A stretch of 64,000 nucleotides of DNA from Candidatus Cloacimonadales bacterium (lineage in GTDB: Bacteria > Cloacimonadota > Cloacimonadia > Cloacimonadales > JAFGVF01): the NCBI GenBank assembly GCA_963663475.2, contig CAXXJV010000001.1, forward strand, positions 2,016,001 to 2,080,000, in the 5' to 3' direction. The notes under the pieces were generated by a model that saw only the letters and a list, made by a program, of their open reading frames with translations, searched no databases and was not told where the DNA came from. The position numbers were made by a program, and so were the translations under genes. Shown here in pieces: positions 10,794-20,437 of the stretch. Numbering within the stretch: the first letter of the stretch is position 1; every line of letters starts with the position of its first letter.

Positions 10794-13433
10794 TTATTTG
10801 AGTAGTATCATTTTCTTGCTTGAAGAATATTTACCACTTTTCATTTTGTAGAAATATATTCCAGATGTAACTGTTTTATTCTTATCATCTCTACCATTCC
10901 AGATTACTGAATGATTTCCACTTTCTTGAACTTGATCAATGAGTGTTCTTACTTTTTGTCCCTTAATGTTGTAGATAATAATACTAACATTTTGACTTGC
11001 TTTAAGAGAATACTTTATCCTTGTTTCAGGATTAAATGGATTTGGATAGTTACCAGCAAGTTGGGTAATGGCAGATAAATCACTTACATCATTACTTACT
11101 ATATTTATCAGCAGACTATTTGATGAATCAGTATAACTACCATCTTCGTATCTTCCAACAAGCCAGAGACTTGACTCTCCTGCTGCAAGAGTTAAAGAAG
11201 TGAGTGGGTATTGGGTTTGACTAAGCGGTAAATCATGATAATATACCATGTTTGGCTCAGATTCATTTTCCCATGCTATACTATATCCTTCAAAGCTTTG
11301 TGTTGGTGAATCTTGAACATCAGAAGAACATGGATTCCACATTAATATATCTCCTACTAATCTTAAATTACTTGGGTATAAGAGATGACTTTCGGTCTGA
11401 TAAGCAATTTCTGTGTTTGCCTGAAGATTAAGAAGTTTTTCTTGGTTTAGGTTTTCTGTATATGAATTAATGCTTGCATAAAAGTCAGAATATTCTGTAA
11501 CACGAGGGTTAACTGATAGGGGAGAGATATCTCCAGTATATTCGTTCATCGTAGAAGTTTCCATATCCCATGGTGAATCAAGAATTTTCATAAGGACCTT
11601 CACCGCAATTTCTTGACCAGCTATATCTTTCCCATAAGAACCTAATACTTCACAAGCATTAGAATAGAGGTTGTAGGATCCATCAATGAAAGTAACTTGG
11701 TGGTTATCAAAAGTCTCACCAATTTGAGCATCGTTTTTCAAATAAAGGTATTCTTGATCGAAAGTAACAGTTTCCCAGCCACTAGGGCCATATTTTTGAT
11801 AGCCTACAAGCATTAGTTCATTGTTGTCATTCTCATAAACTAATTGCTTAACTTCTTCAGTAAAGAATTCATCCTTAAGAATAGGGGTAACATCATTCCC
11901 ATTTACCTCAATATTCTCATAAGTCTTAAAGACTTTTTCTCTAGTTTCAGAATTAAAATTAAGTGAAATTTCTTCATTCTGGTTATCATCATTCAAGGAA
12001 ATGATAGTTTGCTCATCAAAAGGACCATAATAACAATGACCAAAATAATATTGACCATCTAATTCATAATAACCTATGATAGTGAAAGTTATTGGATTCT
12101 CAAAGATTATTTCATAAGACTGTTCAATACTATCAAGATGATAGTCAGTCATTTCCATACTATTTAAGTCTCTAATTCTAAGACTGTAGGAAACTTGTTC
12201 AGTAATCTCACTAGTAATATTAACTGAAAGTGTGTATTCATCATTTTCACTAGCAATAGGAAGATAAACAACTGTTCCTAAACTAGGATTATCATTTGAA
12301 TCAAATATGGTCTCAGCAATTTCAGAAACATCACTAGTTCCCCAGTAATTATTCTTAGCTAAAATATTGATAGAAGAATTAATATTGTTCAATATTACAC
12401 TGTTATTGGCTCCATTAACATCAATATTATCTTGAATTGTATTTAATCCATAAGCATAGGGATGATTCATCTCAGGAGCTCCAATAACTGGTTGAGCTCC
12501 TACGGTAAGATAGATTCCACCATAATTACCTGAAATTAAGTTTCCAGCTATGTAAGGTGTTGCTCCACCTCCATAACACATAATGCCAGCTCCTGAATTC
12601 ATATCACCTTCAATATGATTATTGATGATTTGGTTATCATATAAGGTTCCTGAGCAATTATAGAAATAAACACCAGTATAATTTTCAGCAATAATATTAT
12701 CAAAGATTTGTGCATTAATACCATTTGAAGAGAACATATCTACACATGTAATACCTTGATAATGATTATTATGAATATTGTTTTCAGTGATAGTTGGAGT
12801 AACAGGCATACCAGTAGTTTGAATACTCACTTGGATAGCACCTCTAAATTGAGGACCAGTTCCATTGCCTGTAATCTCATTATTTATAATCATAACATTG
12901 CTTGATTCTGCTATCAAAATACCACTCTTGACACTGTTTTCTATCAAATTACCCTCGATATGTACTGCTGGTGGGTTTGTATTGCCTATAGCAAAAACAT
13001 GTATAGCTTCATCATTATATGTGAAATGTGAATTAGTAATATTGACTGGAGAATTGATAGAATTTATTCCATTCTCTGCATTTTGAAAAAAACAATAATC
13101 GAAAAGATTAGGGTCTTGACCCTCATACTCAAGTCTGATACCCTGGTGGCTAACACTAGTGTCATCACTACTAGCTTTAAAAGTTATCATTGAATCTTGA
13201 TTACCTAGAGCAATAATTCTGCCCTGAGCGGTAATTTGATAATCTCCTGAAAAGAGGACTTCAACTCCTTCTTCAATTTCTAAACTGGAATCAAGTGGAA
13301 TAGTAATATCACCAGTAACATTGTATGGCGAATTTGCAAGTGACCAGACGCCACTTTGATTTCCACTAACATCAAGTGCCTGCGAACATAAAGCAAGCAT
13401 TAATATAAATAAAATACCCACAAATTTCTTCAT
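10794..13433 (-). CDS. Secreted parallel beta-helix repeat protein with C-terminal T9SS-A-like/FlgD-Ig sorting domain
   Basis: Signal peptide MKKFVGIL (start 13433 preferred over 13469 because of RBS GGGAG), I.NN.I repeats, NYWG motif, C-terminal NYPNPFNPET...KKMILLK. Confidence 0.85.
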   Translation of the reverse strand: MKKFVGILFILMLALCSQALDVSGNQSGVWSLANSPYNVTGDITIPLDSSLEIEEGVEVLFSGDYQITAQGRIIALGNQDSMITFKASSDDTSVSHQGIRLEYEGQDPNLFDYCFFQNAENGINSINSPVNITNSHFTYNDEAIHVFAIGNTNPPAVHIEGNLIENSVKSGILIAESSNVMIINNEITGNGTGPQFRGAIQVSIQTTGMPVTPTITENNIHNNHYQGITCVDMFSSNGINAQIFDNIIAENYTGVYFYNCSGTLYDNQIINNHIEGDMNSGAGIMCYGGGATPYIAGNLISGNYGGIYLTVGAQPVIGAPEMNHPYAYGLNTIQDNIDVNGANNSVILNNINSSINILAKNNYWGTSDVSEIAETIFDSNDNPSLGTVVYLPIASENDEYTLSVNITSEITEQVSYSLRIRDLNSMEMTDYHLDSIEQSYEIIFENPITFTIIGYYELDGQYYFGHCYYGPFDEQTIISLNDDNQNEEISLNFNSETREKVFKTYENIEVNGNDVTPILKDEFFTEEVKQLVYENDNNELMLVGYQKYGPSGWETVTFDQEYLYLKNDAQIGETFDNHQVTFIDGSYNLYSNACEVLGSYGKDIAGQEIAVKVLMKILDSPWDMETSTMNEYTGDISPLSVNPRVTEYSDFYASINSYTENLNQEKLLNLQANTEIAYQTESHLLYPSNLRLVGDILMWNPCSSDVQDSPTQSFEGYSIAWENESEPNMVYYHDLPLSQTQYPLTSLTLAAGESSLWLVGRYEDGSYTDSSNSLLINIVSNDVSDLSAITQLAGNYPNPFNPETRIKYSLKASQNVSIIIYNIKGQKVRTLIDQVQESGNHSVIWNGRDDKNKTVTSGIYFYKMKSGKYSSSKKMILLK

Positions 13434-13540
13434 TTTAAATCTCCCATTAATAGTCTTATAGTATTTCATAACAATAATAAAATCTAGATAAAAACTGTAA
13501 ATTAATTTTTTTAGTATTTTCGATAAATCAAAATATCAGC

Positions 13541-13568
13541 TTGACAAAGATCTTTAGTAGATTATCTT
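13541..13568 (+). promoter_or_regulatory. Putative sigma70-type promoter of the histidine kinase gene
   Basis: TTGACA-16 nt-TATCTT upstream of RBS GGAGG. Confidence 0.5.
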
Positions 13569-13596
13569 ATATTTAAGATTGGATATCGGAGGAAGC

Positions 13597-15513
13597 TTGG
13601 ACTATCAGAGATTATATAATGAATTAAATGATTATCTAATAAAACATGATAAAGATACTTATCTTAAAAGATATAATGAATTAATTAAATCTGTTCCTGA
13701 TAACAGTCAAGAATATGTGGAAATGCTCTTAATAAAGCTTTCTTATTCAATTATTTATGAGGCAGACTATCACGCAATCGAAGCCTTCATTAATAAAGTT
13801 GAAACCCAAGTAAAAAGCTATGGCTCGGATATCCAAAAGATAAAATTTTCCATTAATAAGGGTGTTGTTTATGGAAGATTAGAACAATTTGATAAAGCAC
13901 TTGCTGTATATAATCAAGTATTAACTCTCTGTAATGATAGTAAGTTTAATTCATATAAGGTTTCCACTTTAATAAATATTGGAGTTGTCTATAATAAGCG
14001 ATACCAATATATTAAATCATTGAGATTCTTTCTGACTGCCTACTCAATAAATGTTAACTCTGAATCTCCTGTTAAACATACATCCATTCTAGCTAATTTA
14101 GGAGTTATTTATCTCAATATTCAAGAATACGAAAAGGCTGTTTATTACTTCGAATTATGTTTAAAAACCTTAGCTGATTCAAGAAAATATACCCTTCCTG
14201 CCTTATATAATAACTTAATTCTAGCTTATAGTAAAATAGGTGATTTTGCCAAAGCTCAAGCAATAATTACTAAAGCTGAGCAATCCATAAATACCTACAA
14301 TCAAGTCAATTTACTAGCCTATAAAAGGTCTTTAGCAGAGTATTATTTTGACTCTGGAGATTTAGCATCATCAGCAGAATGCTATCTTTATCTAATAAGC
14401 AATTCAGAACCTAAGTTATCTAATGCTATAGCAGAGTATAAAATAGCCTTGGCTAAGACATACTTGCTACAGGATAAGCTAGACCAATGCAAAAACTTGC
14501 TAGATGAAATTACCACTATGGGTGACTTTAGTGAGATTCTTAAAGAACAAATTGATTTTTTACGTCTCCAAGCTGAATTTTATCAGAAACTTGGAGACTA
14601 TCAAAAAGCATATGAATTCTCTCAAGAAATAATAAAACTAAATGATGATAATTACTTAAATTTGCAGGCAGAAATTATGGATGGTTTAACAGAACCCATC
14701 GTCTCAGATGTTGAAGATATTTCTTCTGTCGCTTATAGGGAAAAAATTAATGATTTAGAAGCTATGAATACAGAACTTATCTCCAAAGAAAAGCTCTTAG
14801 TTGAATCCCTAAATGAGCTTAAAAAAGAATCTAATCTCAGAGAAAAAATAATCTCTATCATTACCCATGATATTAGATCTCCCATAGGTAATATTATCCA
14901 ACTTTTTGAAATGTTAGATGAACTTGATGCACTGGAAGAAGAAGAAACTCTTAAGGAAATTATTCAAGCTATGAAGCAAACATATGCCTTAACAGACGAA
15001 CTTGTACACTGGGCTAAAGATATTATTTCTCAGAAACAAGCCAGATTGGTAAATCTTGAAATTGAAAAAGTAATTGATAATTGCCAACAAGTCCTAAAGC
15101 ATCAACTGCAGAAGAAACATATTAGCTTAAATAAAGAAATTGCAACTAAAGACTTAATTTATGGACATCAAGCTACTATAGAAACTTGTTTTAGAAATAT
15201 CATTTCTAATGCTATTAAGTATTCCAATGAATTCTCAGATATTGATATTATTGCCGAAACTAAAGATGAAAAGATTTCTTTTATAATAAAAGATTATGGC
15301 AAAGGGATGTCACAAGAAGAAGTTGCTAAGATATTTGATTATAACAAAGTATCTACCCTAGGTACTAATATGGAAGATGGGATTGGGATAGGACTATTAT
15401 TAGTTAAGGAACTTGTTGATAAAAATAATGGAACTATTGAGTGTAAATCACAATTAGGCCAAGGTACAGTATTTACTTTAACCTTCCCAAAAGTAATAAA
15501 TAAAAACACCTAG
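13597..15513 (+). CDS. TPR-containing sensor histidine kinase
   Basis: TPR helices (NIGVVY, NLGVIY), H-box ITHDIRSP, N-box NIISNAIKYS, G boxes DYGKGM and GIGIGL. TTG at 13597 follows GGAGG (ORF track start 13579). Confidence 0.9.
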   Translation: MDYQRLYNELNDYLIKHDKDTYLKRYNELIKSVPDNSQEYVEMLLIKLSYSIIYEADYHAIEAFINKVETQVKSYGSDIQKIKFSINKGVVYGRLEQFDKALAVYNQVLTLCNDSKFNSYKVSTLINIGVVYNKRYQYIKSLRFFLTAYSINVNSESPVKHTSILANLGVIYLNIQEYEKAVYYFELCLKTLADSRKYTLPALYNNLILAYSKIGDFAKAQAIITKAEQSINTYNQVNLLAYKRSLAEYYFDSGDLASSAECYLYLISNSEPKLSNAIAEYKIALAKTYLLQDKLDQCKNLLDEITTMGDFSEILKEQIDFLRLQAEFYQKLGDYQKAYEFSQEIIKLNDDNYLNLQAEIMDGLTEPIVSDVEDISSVAYREKINDLEAMNTELISKEKLLVESLNELKKESNLREKIISIITHDIRSPIGNIIQLFEMLDELDALEEEETLKEIIQAMKQTYALTDELVHWAKDIISQKQARLVNLEIEKVIDNCQQVLKHQLQKKHISLNKEIATKDLIYGHQATIETCFRNIISNAIKYSNEFSDIDIIAETKDEKISFIIKDYGKGMSQEEVAKIFDYNKVSTLGTNMEDGIGIGLLLVKELVDKNNGTIECKSQLGQGTVFTLTFPKVINKNT

Positions 15514-15674
15514 AATAAATGATATTCAGTTTTATGACTTTGAACAAAATGACAAATTGGTGAAGAAAAGCCTGACTCTATAGATGTGATTAGATTCTAA
15601 ATATTGGTAATAAAACAGATAAGACAAGATAGATTACTTTTATAAATAATTACCCTGTCTTATCTACCCAATAA

Positions 15675-16526
15675 TTACCAACCCCTAGTTTTTTTCATCT
15701 GCTCTCTATTATATCTCTCTTGTTTTTCTTTCCACCTAGTCTGCTCTTCTGCTCTTCTTCTTGAATCATTAGTAATCTTCTGACTTGCAGAATTACTTGA
15801 AGTTGCTGAAGCTGATGATGAACTTGGTCCATCAGATGCCTTAATAAGAAAAGTCAATACCATTAATCCTATCACAAATGCGGCAATTATACCCAGAACA
15901 ATACCTAAACCTACAAGCAAATAAGTTACTGCTGTAGTAAAAAGAAAGGCTAAAACAATACCAATAATCGCATGAATTATTTGATAAGGAATAGTGTAAA
16001 GAGCCATAAGCTTGAAAACTATCACTTCTCTGATTATTGCCCAAATAGCACTTAATATTAAAAAGTTAAGGCATGACCACAAAAGCCAAGTTACCCAGTG
16101 TTGATTAAGTGGAAGCTCCATTAAGTTGAAATTCCCAAAAAAGTAATATAGTCTATCATACCAGAATGTGAAGAGAATCGCAACAATAAATGAAAAAATA
16201 ATCCAAAACAAATGATACCAGTTCTCCTTATCTTTAAGTTTATCTTCTATTGCTTTAGGAAAAGCCTCTCTTATCGAACCCTCTATCATAATGAAAGCAA
16301 ACCAGATAATAATCATGGCTACTACTGAAACCCAAAAACGCCAATGTTTCCAACTGACAAAATCTTGCAGATAATCAAACAACTGATTTATATTAGAAAT
16401 GCGTAAAACTTGAGTAAATGTGGGAAAATCTTTCTGACTCTCTACTAGCTTGTGAACAAGGCTATTCTCTGCAAAACAGGCAAATATACTTACTAATAAT
16501 ACAAGAATAATAATAAATTTTTTCAT
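15675..16526 (-). CDS. Hypothetical multi-pass membrane protein with Ser-rich and charged C-terminal tail
   Basis: ORF track; signal-like N-terminus and several hydrophobic segments. Confidence 0.7.
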   Translation of the reverse strand: MKKFIIILVLLVSIFACFAENSLVHKLVESQKDFPTFTQVLRISNINQLFDYLQDFVSWKHWRFWVSVVAMIIIWFAFIMIEGSIREAFPKAIEDKLKDKENWYHLFWIIFSFIVAILFTFWYDRLYYFFGNFNLMELPLNQHWVTWLLWSCLNFLILSAIWAIIREVIVFKLMALYTIPYQIIHAIIGIVLAFLFTTAVTYLLVGLGIVLGIIAAFVIGLMVLTFLIKASDGPSSSSASATSSNSASQKITNDSRRRAEEQTRWKEKQERYNREQMKKTRGW

Positions 16527-16971
16527 TAAATAGTCCTTTTGTTTTTTGCCAATAAGGCTAATTGATATACACCAAATTTTAGTATGTTAAATATTTTAGT
16601 TTTATAATATATGCCTAGATGCAATAGTGTCAAGTGAAAATAATCTTACTCCTATTCCATGCCCAAGGACAGACTGTTCAACCATCAAGCCATCTTCTTC
16701 ACTAGTTTATCCTTAAAGAAATAAAACATATTGCCCTTCTTTAGGGTATCTTGACATTATATCAGGATAGCTTTTAGTTAAGATTGCCTCTTCAATCGGA
16801 TGGGGGAGATTCTGTCAACACTCTGACATCCCTAGGGATTGATCTTGATTGGCCAATAATAGATAAAAACATAAAGATTAAGATTATTTATCACATTTCC
16901 CACTTTACTTTGGAGAGAACCCTATTTTATTTCACAAAAATTACTGAAAAAAAAACTATATTCTCCTCTAT

Positions 16972-17052
16972 TCATCCTTAATCCTTCCTTTACAGTCTTT
17001 CGATGAAACTGGGACTTTCATCGAAAGACTGTAAAGGAAGGATTAAGGATGA
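16972..17052. repeat. Long palindrome, REP-like family copy 1 (37-bp perfect stem, loop CTGGGAC)
   Basis: TCATCCTTAATCCTTCCTTTACAGTCTTTCGATGAAA, 7-nt loop, then its exact reverse complement. Confidence 0.95.
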
Positions 17053-17263
17053 TAAGGGTATTGATATGTAAGCCAATTTGCATATCATAAGCAAATTTAT
17101 ATAAAAAATGCAATAATTGAGCTCTTTTAAAATCTAAAGTATAAAATATCACTTGATTATTTTAAACAGTCTCTTAAAAAAGCCAAGAACTAAATTTTAT
17201 ATTGACAAGATACTTATCAGCATAATTATACTATACAACAAAATAATAGATTAGGAGTATAAA

Positions 17264-19054
17264 ATGGAAATGCGATGGTCTTTAAATGAACTATATGAAA
17301 GCTTTGATTCAAAAGAATATAAAGATGATCTTGATAAATTAGATTTATTAATCTCTAAAATAAATAATCACGCTAAATATTTAACCGATAATATGGAAAA
17401 ATTTGATCAAGATGATAAAGTTAAAGTTTTAGAAGATAAATTACAAAATGATTTAGAGGTTGATGATGTCCTTGAGAGACTTCACTCTTTTGCAGGACTT
17501 ACTAATTCAACTGATGTAGAAAACGCAGAATCTATAAAGTATTTGCAAGTACTTGATGATAAATTTGTTAAGATGACTGATGCAAATGTTAAATTTAATA
17601 AATGGATTTGCAGCATCTCTGATTTAGATCAGCTTATCCAAAAATCAGATTTCTTGAAAGAACATTCTTATCATTTGCATGAGATAGCAAAGAAGAAAGA
17701 TTATCTCTTGTCAGATGAACTAGAATTAATGTATGCAAAATTGCAACAATCTGGTTCTTCTGCTTGGGTGAGACTGCAATCAAATATTATATCAACTCTA
17801 ATGGTGGATCTTGAAGAAGATGGTAAAATAAGACAAGAACCTCTTCCTGTTATCCGTAATATGGCATATGATAAAAATGCTGACTTAAGAAAAAAAGCTT
17901 ATGAAGCTGAACTAGAATCCTATAAGAAAGTTGATCAGGTTATAGCAGCTTCTTTGAATGCTATTAAAGGTGAAGTAATTACTATGTGCCAACAAAGAGG
18001 CTATAAATCACCTCTAGAAATGACTTTATTAAACAGTAGAATGGAAGAATCAACTTTAAATGCTATGCTTGAAGCCATTAGAGAGTCTTTACCAGAATTT
18101 AGAAAATACCTGAAAAGAAAAGCTGAATTATTAGGTCATAAAAATGGATTACCATTCTATGATTTGTTTGCTCCCATGGGCCAAGCAGATATGACTTACT
18201 CTTATGAAGAAGCTAAAGATTTTATTGTAAAAAATTTCGCTAAGTTTAGTCAGAAGTTATCTGATTTTGCTAACCATGCTTTCAAAAACAACTGGATTGA
18301 CGCTGAACCTAGAAAGGGTAAACGTGGGGGAGCCTTCTGCTCTAGTATCCATTCTCTAGGACAATCAAGAATTCTATCTAACTTCACAGGTTCTTTTTCT
18401 GATGTTTCTACTTTGGCTCATGAACTAGGTCATGGATATCACAGCCATGTCTTAAACTCTCAAACCTCTTTAAACTCTGGTTACCCAATGCCTTTAGCTG
18501 AAACTGCTTCTATCTTTTGTGAAACAATTATCAATAACTCAGTCTTAGAAAATGCTAGTCCTGAACAAACATATACTTTGCTTGAAGGTAGAATTTCTGA
18601 CTCCACTCAAACCATAGTTGATATTTATAGTAGATTCTTATTTGAATCAGCACTTTTTGAAAAGAGAAAAGACTTTGATTTAACAGTAGAAGAACTCAAA
18701 AATACTATGCTACAAGCACAAAAAGAAGCTTATGGCGATGGATTAGATAATAATTATATGCACCCTTATATGTGGGCTTGCAAACCTCACTATTATTATG
18801 TCGAAGCTAATTTCTACAATTTCCCGTATGCTTTTGGCCAGCTATTTGCTTTAGGTTTGTATGCTGAGTATCAAAAACGCGGTCAATCTTTCTTGGAAGA
18901 TTATGATAAGCTTCTAGAAGCAACTGGTAAGAATGATATTTCAGACGTCACTAAATTAATGGGAATTGATGTTAATTCAGTTGAGTTTTGGAGATCTTCA
19001 CTACAAGTGATTATTGATGATATTCACAAATTTCTTGAGGTTAGTGAAAAATAA
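17264..19054 (+). CDS. pepF: M3B oligoendopeptidase F
   Basis: GKRGGAFC, HELGH zinc motif, AETASIF, FYNFPYAFG. Confidence 0.93.
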   Translation: MEMRWSLNELYESFDSKEYKDDLDKLDLLISKINNHAKYLTDNMEKFDQDDKVKVLEDKLQNDLEVDDVLERLHSFAGLTNSTDVENAESIKYLQVLDDKFVKMTDANVKFNKWICSISDLDQLIQKSDFLKEHSYHLHEIAKKKDYLLSDELELMYAKLQQSGSSAWVRLQSNIISTLMVDLEEDGKIRQEPLPVIRNMAYDKNADLRKKAYEAELESYKKVDQVIAASLNAIKGEVITMCQQRGYKSPLEMTLLNSRMEESTLNAMLEAIRESLPEFRKYLKRKAELLGHKNGLPFYDLFAPMGQADMTYSYEEAKDFIVKNFAKFSQKLSDFANHAFKNNWIDAEPRKGKRGGAFCSSIHSLGQSRILSNFTGSFSDVSTLAHELGHGYHSHVLNSQTSLNSGYPMPLAETASIFCETIINNSVLENASPEQTYTLLEGRISDSTQTIVDIYSRFLFESALFEKRKDFDLTVEELKNTMLQAQKEAYGDGLDNNYMHPYMWACKPHYYYVEANFYNFPYAFGQLFALGLYAEYQKRGQSFLEDYDKLLEATGKNDISDVTKLMGIDVNSVEFWRSSLQVIIDDIHKFLEVSEK

Positions 19055-19071
19055 TTAATAAGAGATTTTAC

Positions 19072-19114
19072 AGGATGCAGATTTTTAACTATATCAATTG
19101 TCTGCATCCTTTTT
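19072..19114 (+). terminator. Putative pepF terminator
   Basis: AGGATGCAGA...TCTGCATCCT stem with a long loop, followed by a T-run. Confidence 0.6.
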
Positions 19115-19143
19115 GTTTGTTCTTTCAAAGGTAAATAAAATAA

Positions 19144-19218
19144 TGGAGCGGGTAATGGGGATTGAACCCACGACTCCAAAGTTGGGAACCTTGTGCTCTA
19201 CCACTGAGCTATACCCGC
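19144..19218 (-). tRNA. tRNA-Gly(CCC)
   Basis: Cloverleaf GCGGGTA...CCA; anticodon arm CAAGG-TTCCCAA-CTTTG. Confidence 0.95.
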
Positions 19219-19228
19219 TCTGATAAAG

Positions 19229-19253
19229 AAAAAAAAGCCGACTTTCGTCGGCT
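19229..19253 (-). terminator. Intrinsic terminator inside the tRNA cluster
   Basis: AGCCGAC-GAAA-GTCGGCT followed by a long T-run on the minus strand. Confidence 0.8.
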
Positions 19254-19258
19254 AAATA

Positions 19259-19333
19259 TGGAGCGGGAAATGGGGTTCGAACCCACGACCCCAACGTTGG
19301 CAACGTTGTGCTCTACCACTGAGCTACTCCCGC
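19259..19333 (-). tRNA. tRNA-Gly(GCC)
   Basis: Anticodon arm CAACG-TTGCCAA-CGTTG, T-loop TTCGAA, CCA end. Confidence 0.97.
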
Positions 19334-19345
19334 TTTAAAAATATA

Positions 19346-19432
19346 TGGTACCAGAGACCGGACTTGAACCGGTACGGTATTGCTACCGAGGGATTTTAAG
19401 TCCCTTGTGTCTACCATTTCCACCACTCCGGC
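19346..19432 (-). tRNA. tRNA-Leu(TAA)
   Basis: Anticodon loop CTTAAAA, long variable arm, CCA end. Confidence 0.97.
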
Positions 19433-19494
19433 ATAATAACTTCTTAAGAAAAGTAATTATTGATTACATGGAAGAATATGAATTAAATTAAGAA

Positions 19495-19569
19495 TGGAGC
19501 GGGAAATGGGGTTCGAACCCACGACCCCAACGTTGGCAACGTTGTGCTCTACCACTGAGCTACTCCCGC
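19495..19569 (-). tRNA. tRNA-Gly(GCC)
   Basis: Identical to 19259-19333. Confidence 0.97.
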
Positions 19570-19583
19570 TTTAAAAAAATATA

Positions 19584-19670
19584 TGGTACCAGAGACCGGA
19601 CTTGAACCGGTACGGTATTGCTACCGAGGGATTTTAAGTCCCTTGTGTCTACCATTTCCACCACTCCGGC
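19584..19670 (-). tRNA. tRNA-Leu(TAA)
   Basis: Identical to 19346-19432. Confidence 0.97.
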
Positions 19671-19690
19671 ATATAATTTATTTTGAAAAA

Positions 19691-19764
19691 TGGAGGCGAC
19701 ACCCAGATTCGAACTGGGGATGGAGATTTTGCAGACCTCTGCCTTACCACTTGGCGATGTCGCC
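19691..19764 (-). tRNA. tRNA-Cys(GCA)
   Basis: GGCGACA...CTGCAAA anticodon loop...TCCA end (U73). Confidence 0.97.
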
Positions 19765-19808
19765 TTAATTTAATTCATATATCACACTATTAACTGTTTT
19801 AATGATAA

Positions 19809-19883
19809 TGGAGCGGGAAATGGGGTTCGAACCCACGACCCCAACGTTGGCAACGTTGTGCTCTACCACTGAGCTACTCCCGC
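19809..19883 (-). tRNA. tRNA-Gly(GCC)
   Basis: Identical to the other GCC copies; first gene of the operon. Confidence 0.97.
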
Positions 19884-19900
19884 TCGACCATGTGAAAAGA

Positions 19901-19929
19901 TAAATATTATCTACTGCATTTCTTGTCAA
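19901..19929 (-). promoter_or_regulatory. Putative tRNA operon promoter
   Basis: TTGACA at 19929-19924 and an AT-rich, imperfect -10 about 17 nt downstream. Confidence 0.45.
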
Positions 19930-20046
19930 TATCTTTTTTAAAATTTTATTTTCTTCATCCTAGTAAGCTTGTAGGCATTTATTGAGTAATCAATAAGTTA
20001 GTTAATCTTTATTTTCCTTTAAATTTTTTAACGCAGATGTAATTTA

Positions 20047-20187
20047 ATCCGAATAATGTAGTAGATCTTTGATAGTAGCAGGTTATTGATCTACAAAAGT
20101 CAGCTAGATAATTTATTGAATATACAAATTCTATACAGTCAAGTAATGAAAGTGATTTCGCTAGAAGATTATCTGCATTTCCCTAAA
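20047..20187 (+). mobile_element. Degenerate MITE-like element (left end and body; right end eroded)
   Basis: ATCCGAATAATGTAGTAGATCTTTG left end; body aligns by eye with 62646-62809. Confidence 0.65.
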
Positions 20188-20437
20188 AATAACAGAACAA
20201 CTTAAAAAATGAAATTTTGAGAGGGTTTTCAATCGCTGGATTCCTTTTACTATCCTTGTATCTTCATTTACGGTATTTTGATATAACTTGGCTGATATCT
20301 AGAAATAGTTAAAGAAAAATTAAAAAAACATCAAAATCTCAAGATTAAAAAGTAGACAATTAAAAAAAGGTTGACTAAAAAATGAATGTTATTCAGTTTT
20401 GCTATTACGTAAAACAAAAAATAATAATGGAGATTAT

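Noticed and set aside
16640-16981. 65-aa ORF 16784-16981 and slightly GC-richer intergenic DNA, possible gene remnant or sRNA
   Set aside because: TTG start without RBS, ORF runs into the palindrome, and minus frames contain stops and no recognisable motif.
19094-19768. ORF-track ORFs 19094-19303 and 19583-19768
   Set aside because: They overlap tRNA genes and are translation artefacts.
19144-19883. Repeated ~75-87 nt units that could be taken for a CRISPR array
   Set aside because: They fold as tRNAs with CCA ends; there is no repeat-spacer structure and no cas genes.
19909-19921. ATCTACTGCATT match to the MITE inverted-repeat core within the tRNA promoter spacer
   Set aside because: Only 12 nt with no ACCC/GGGT terminus; may be chance.
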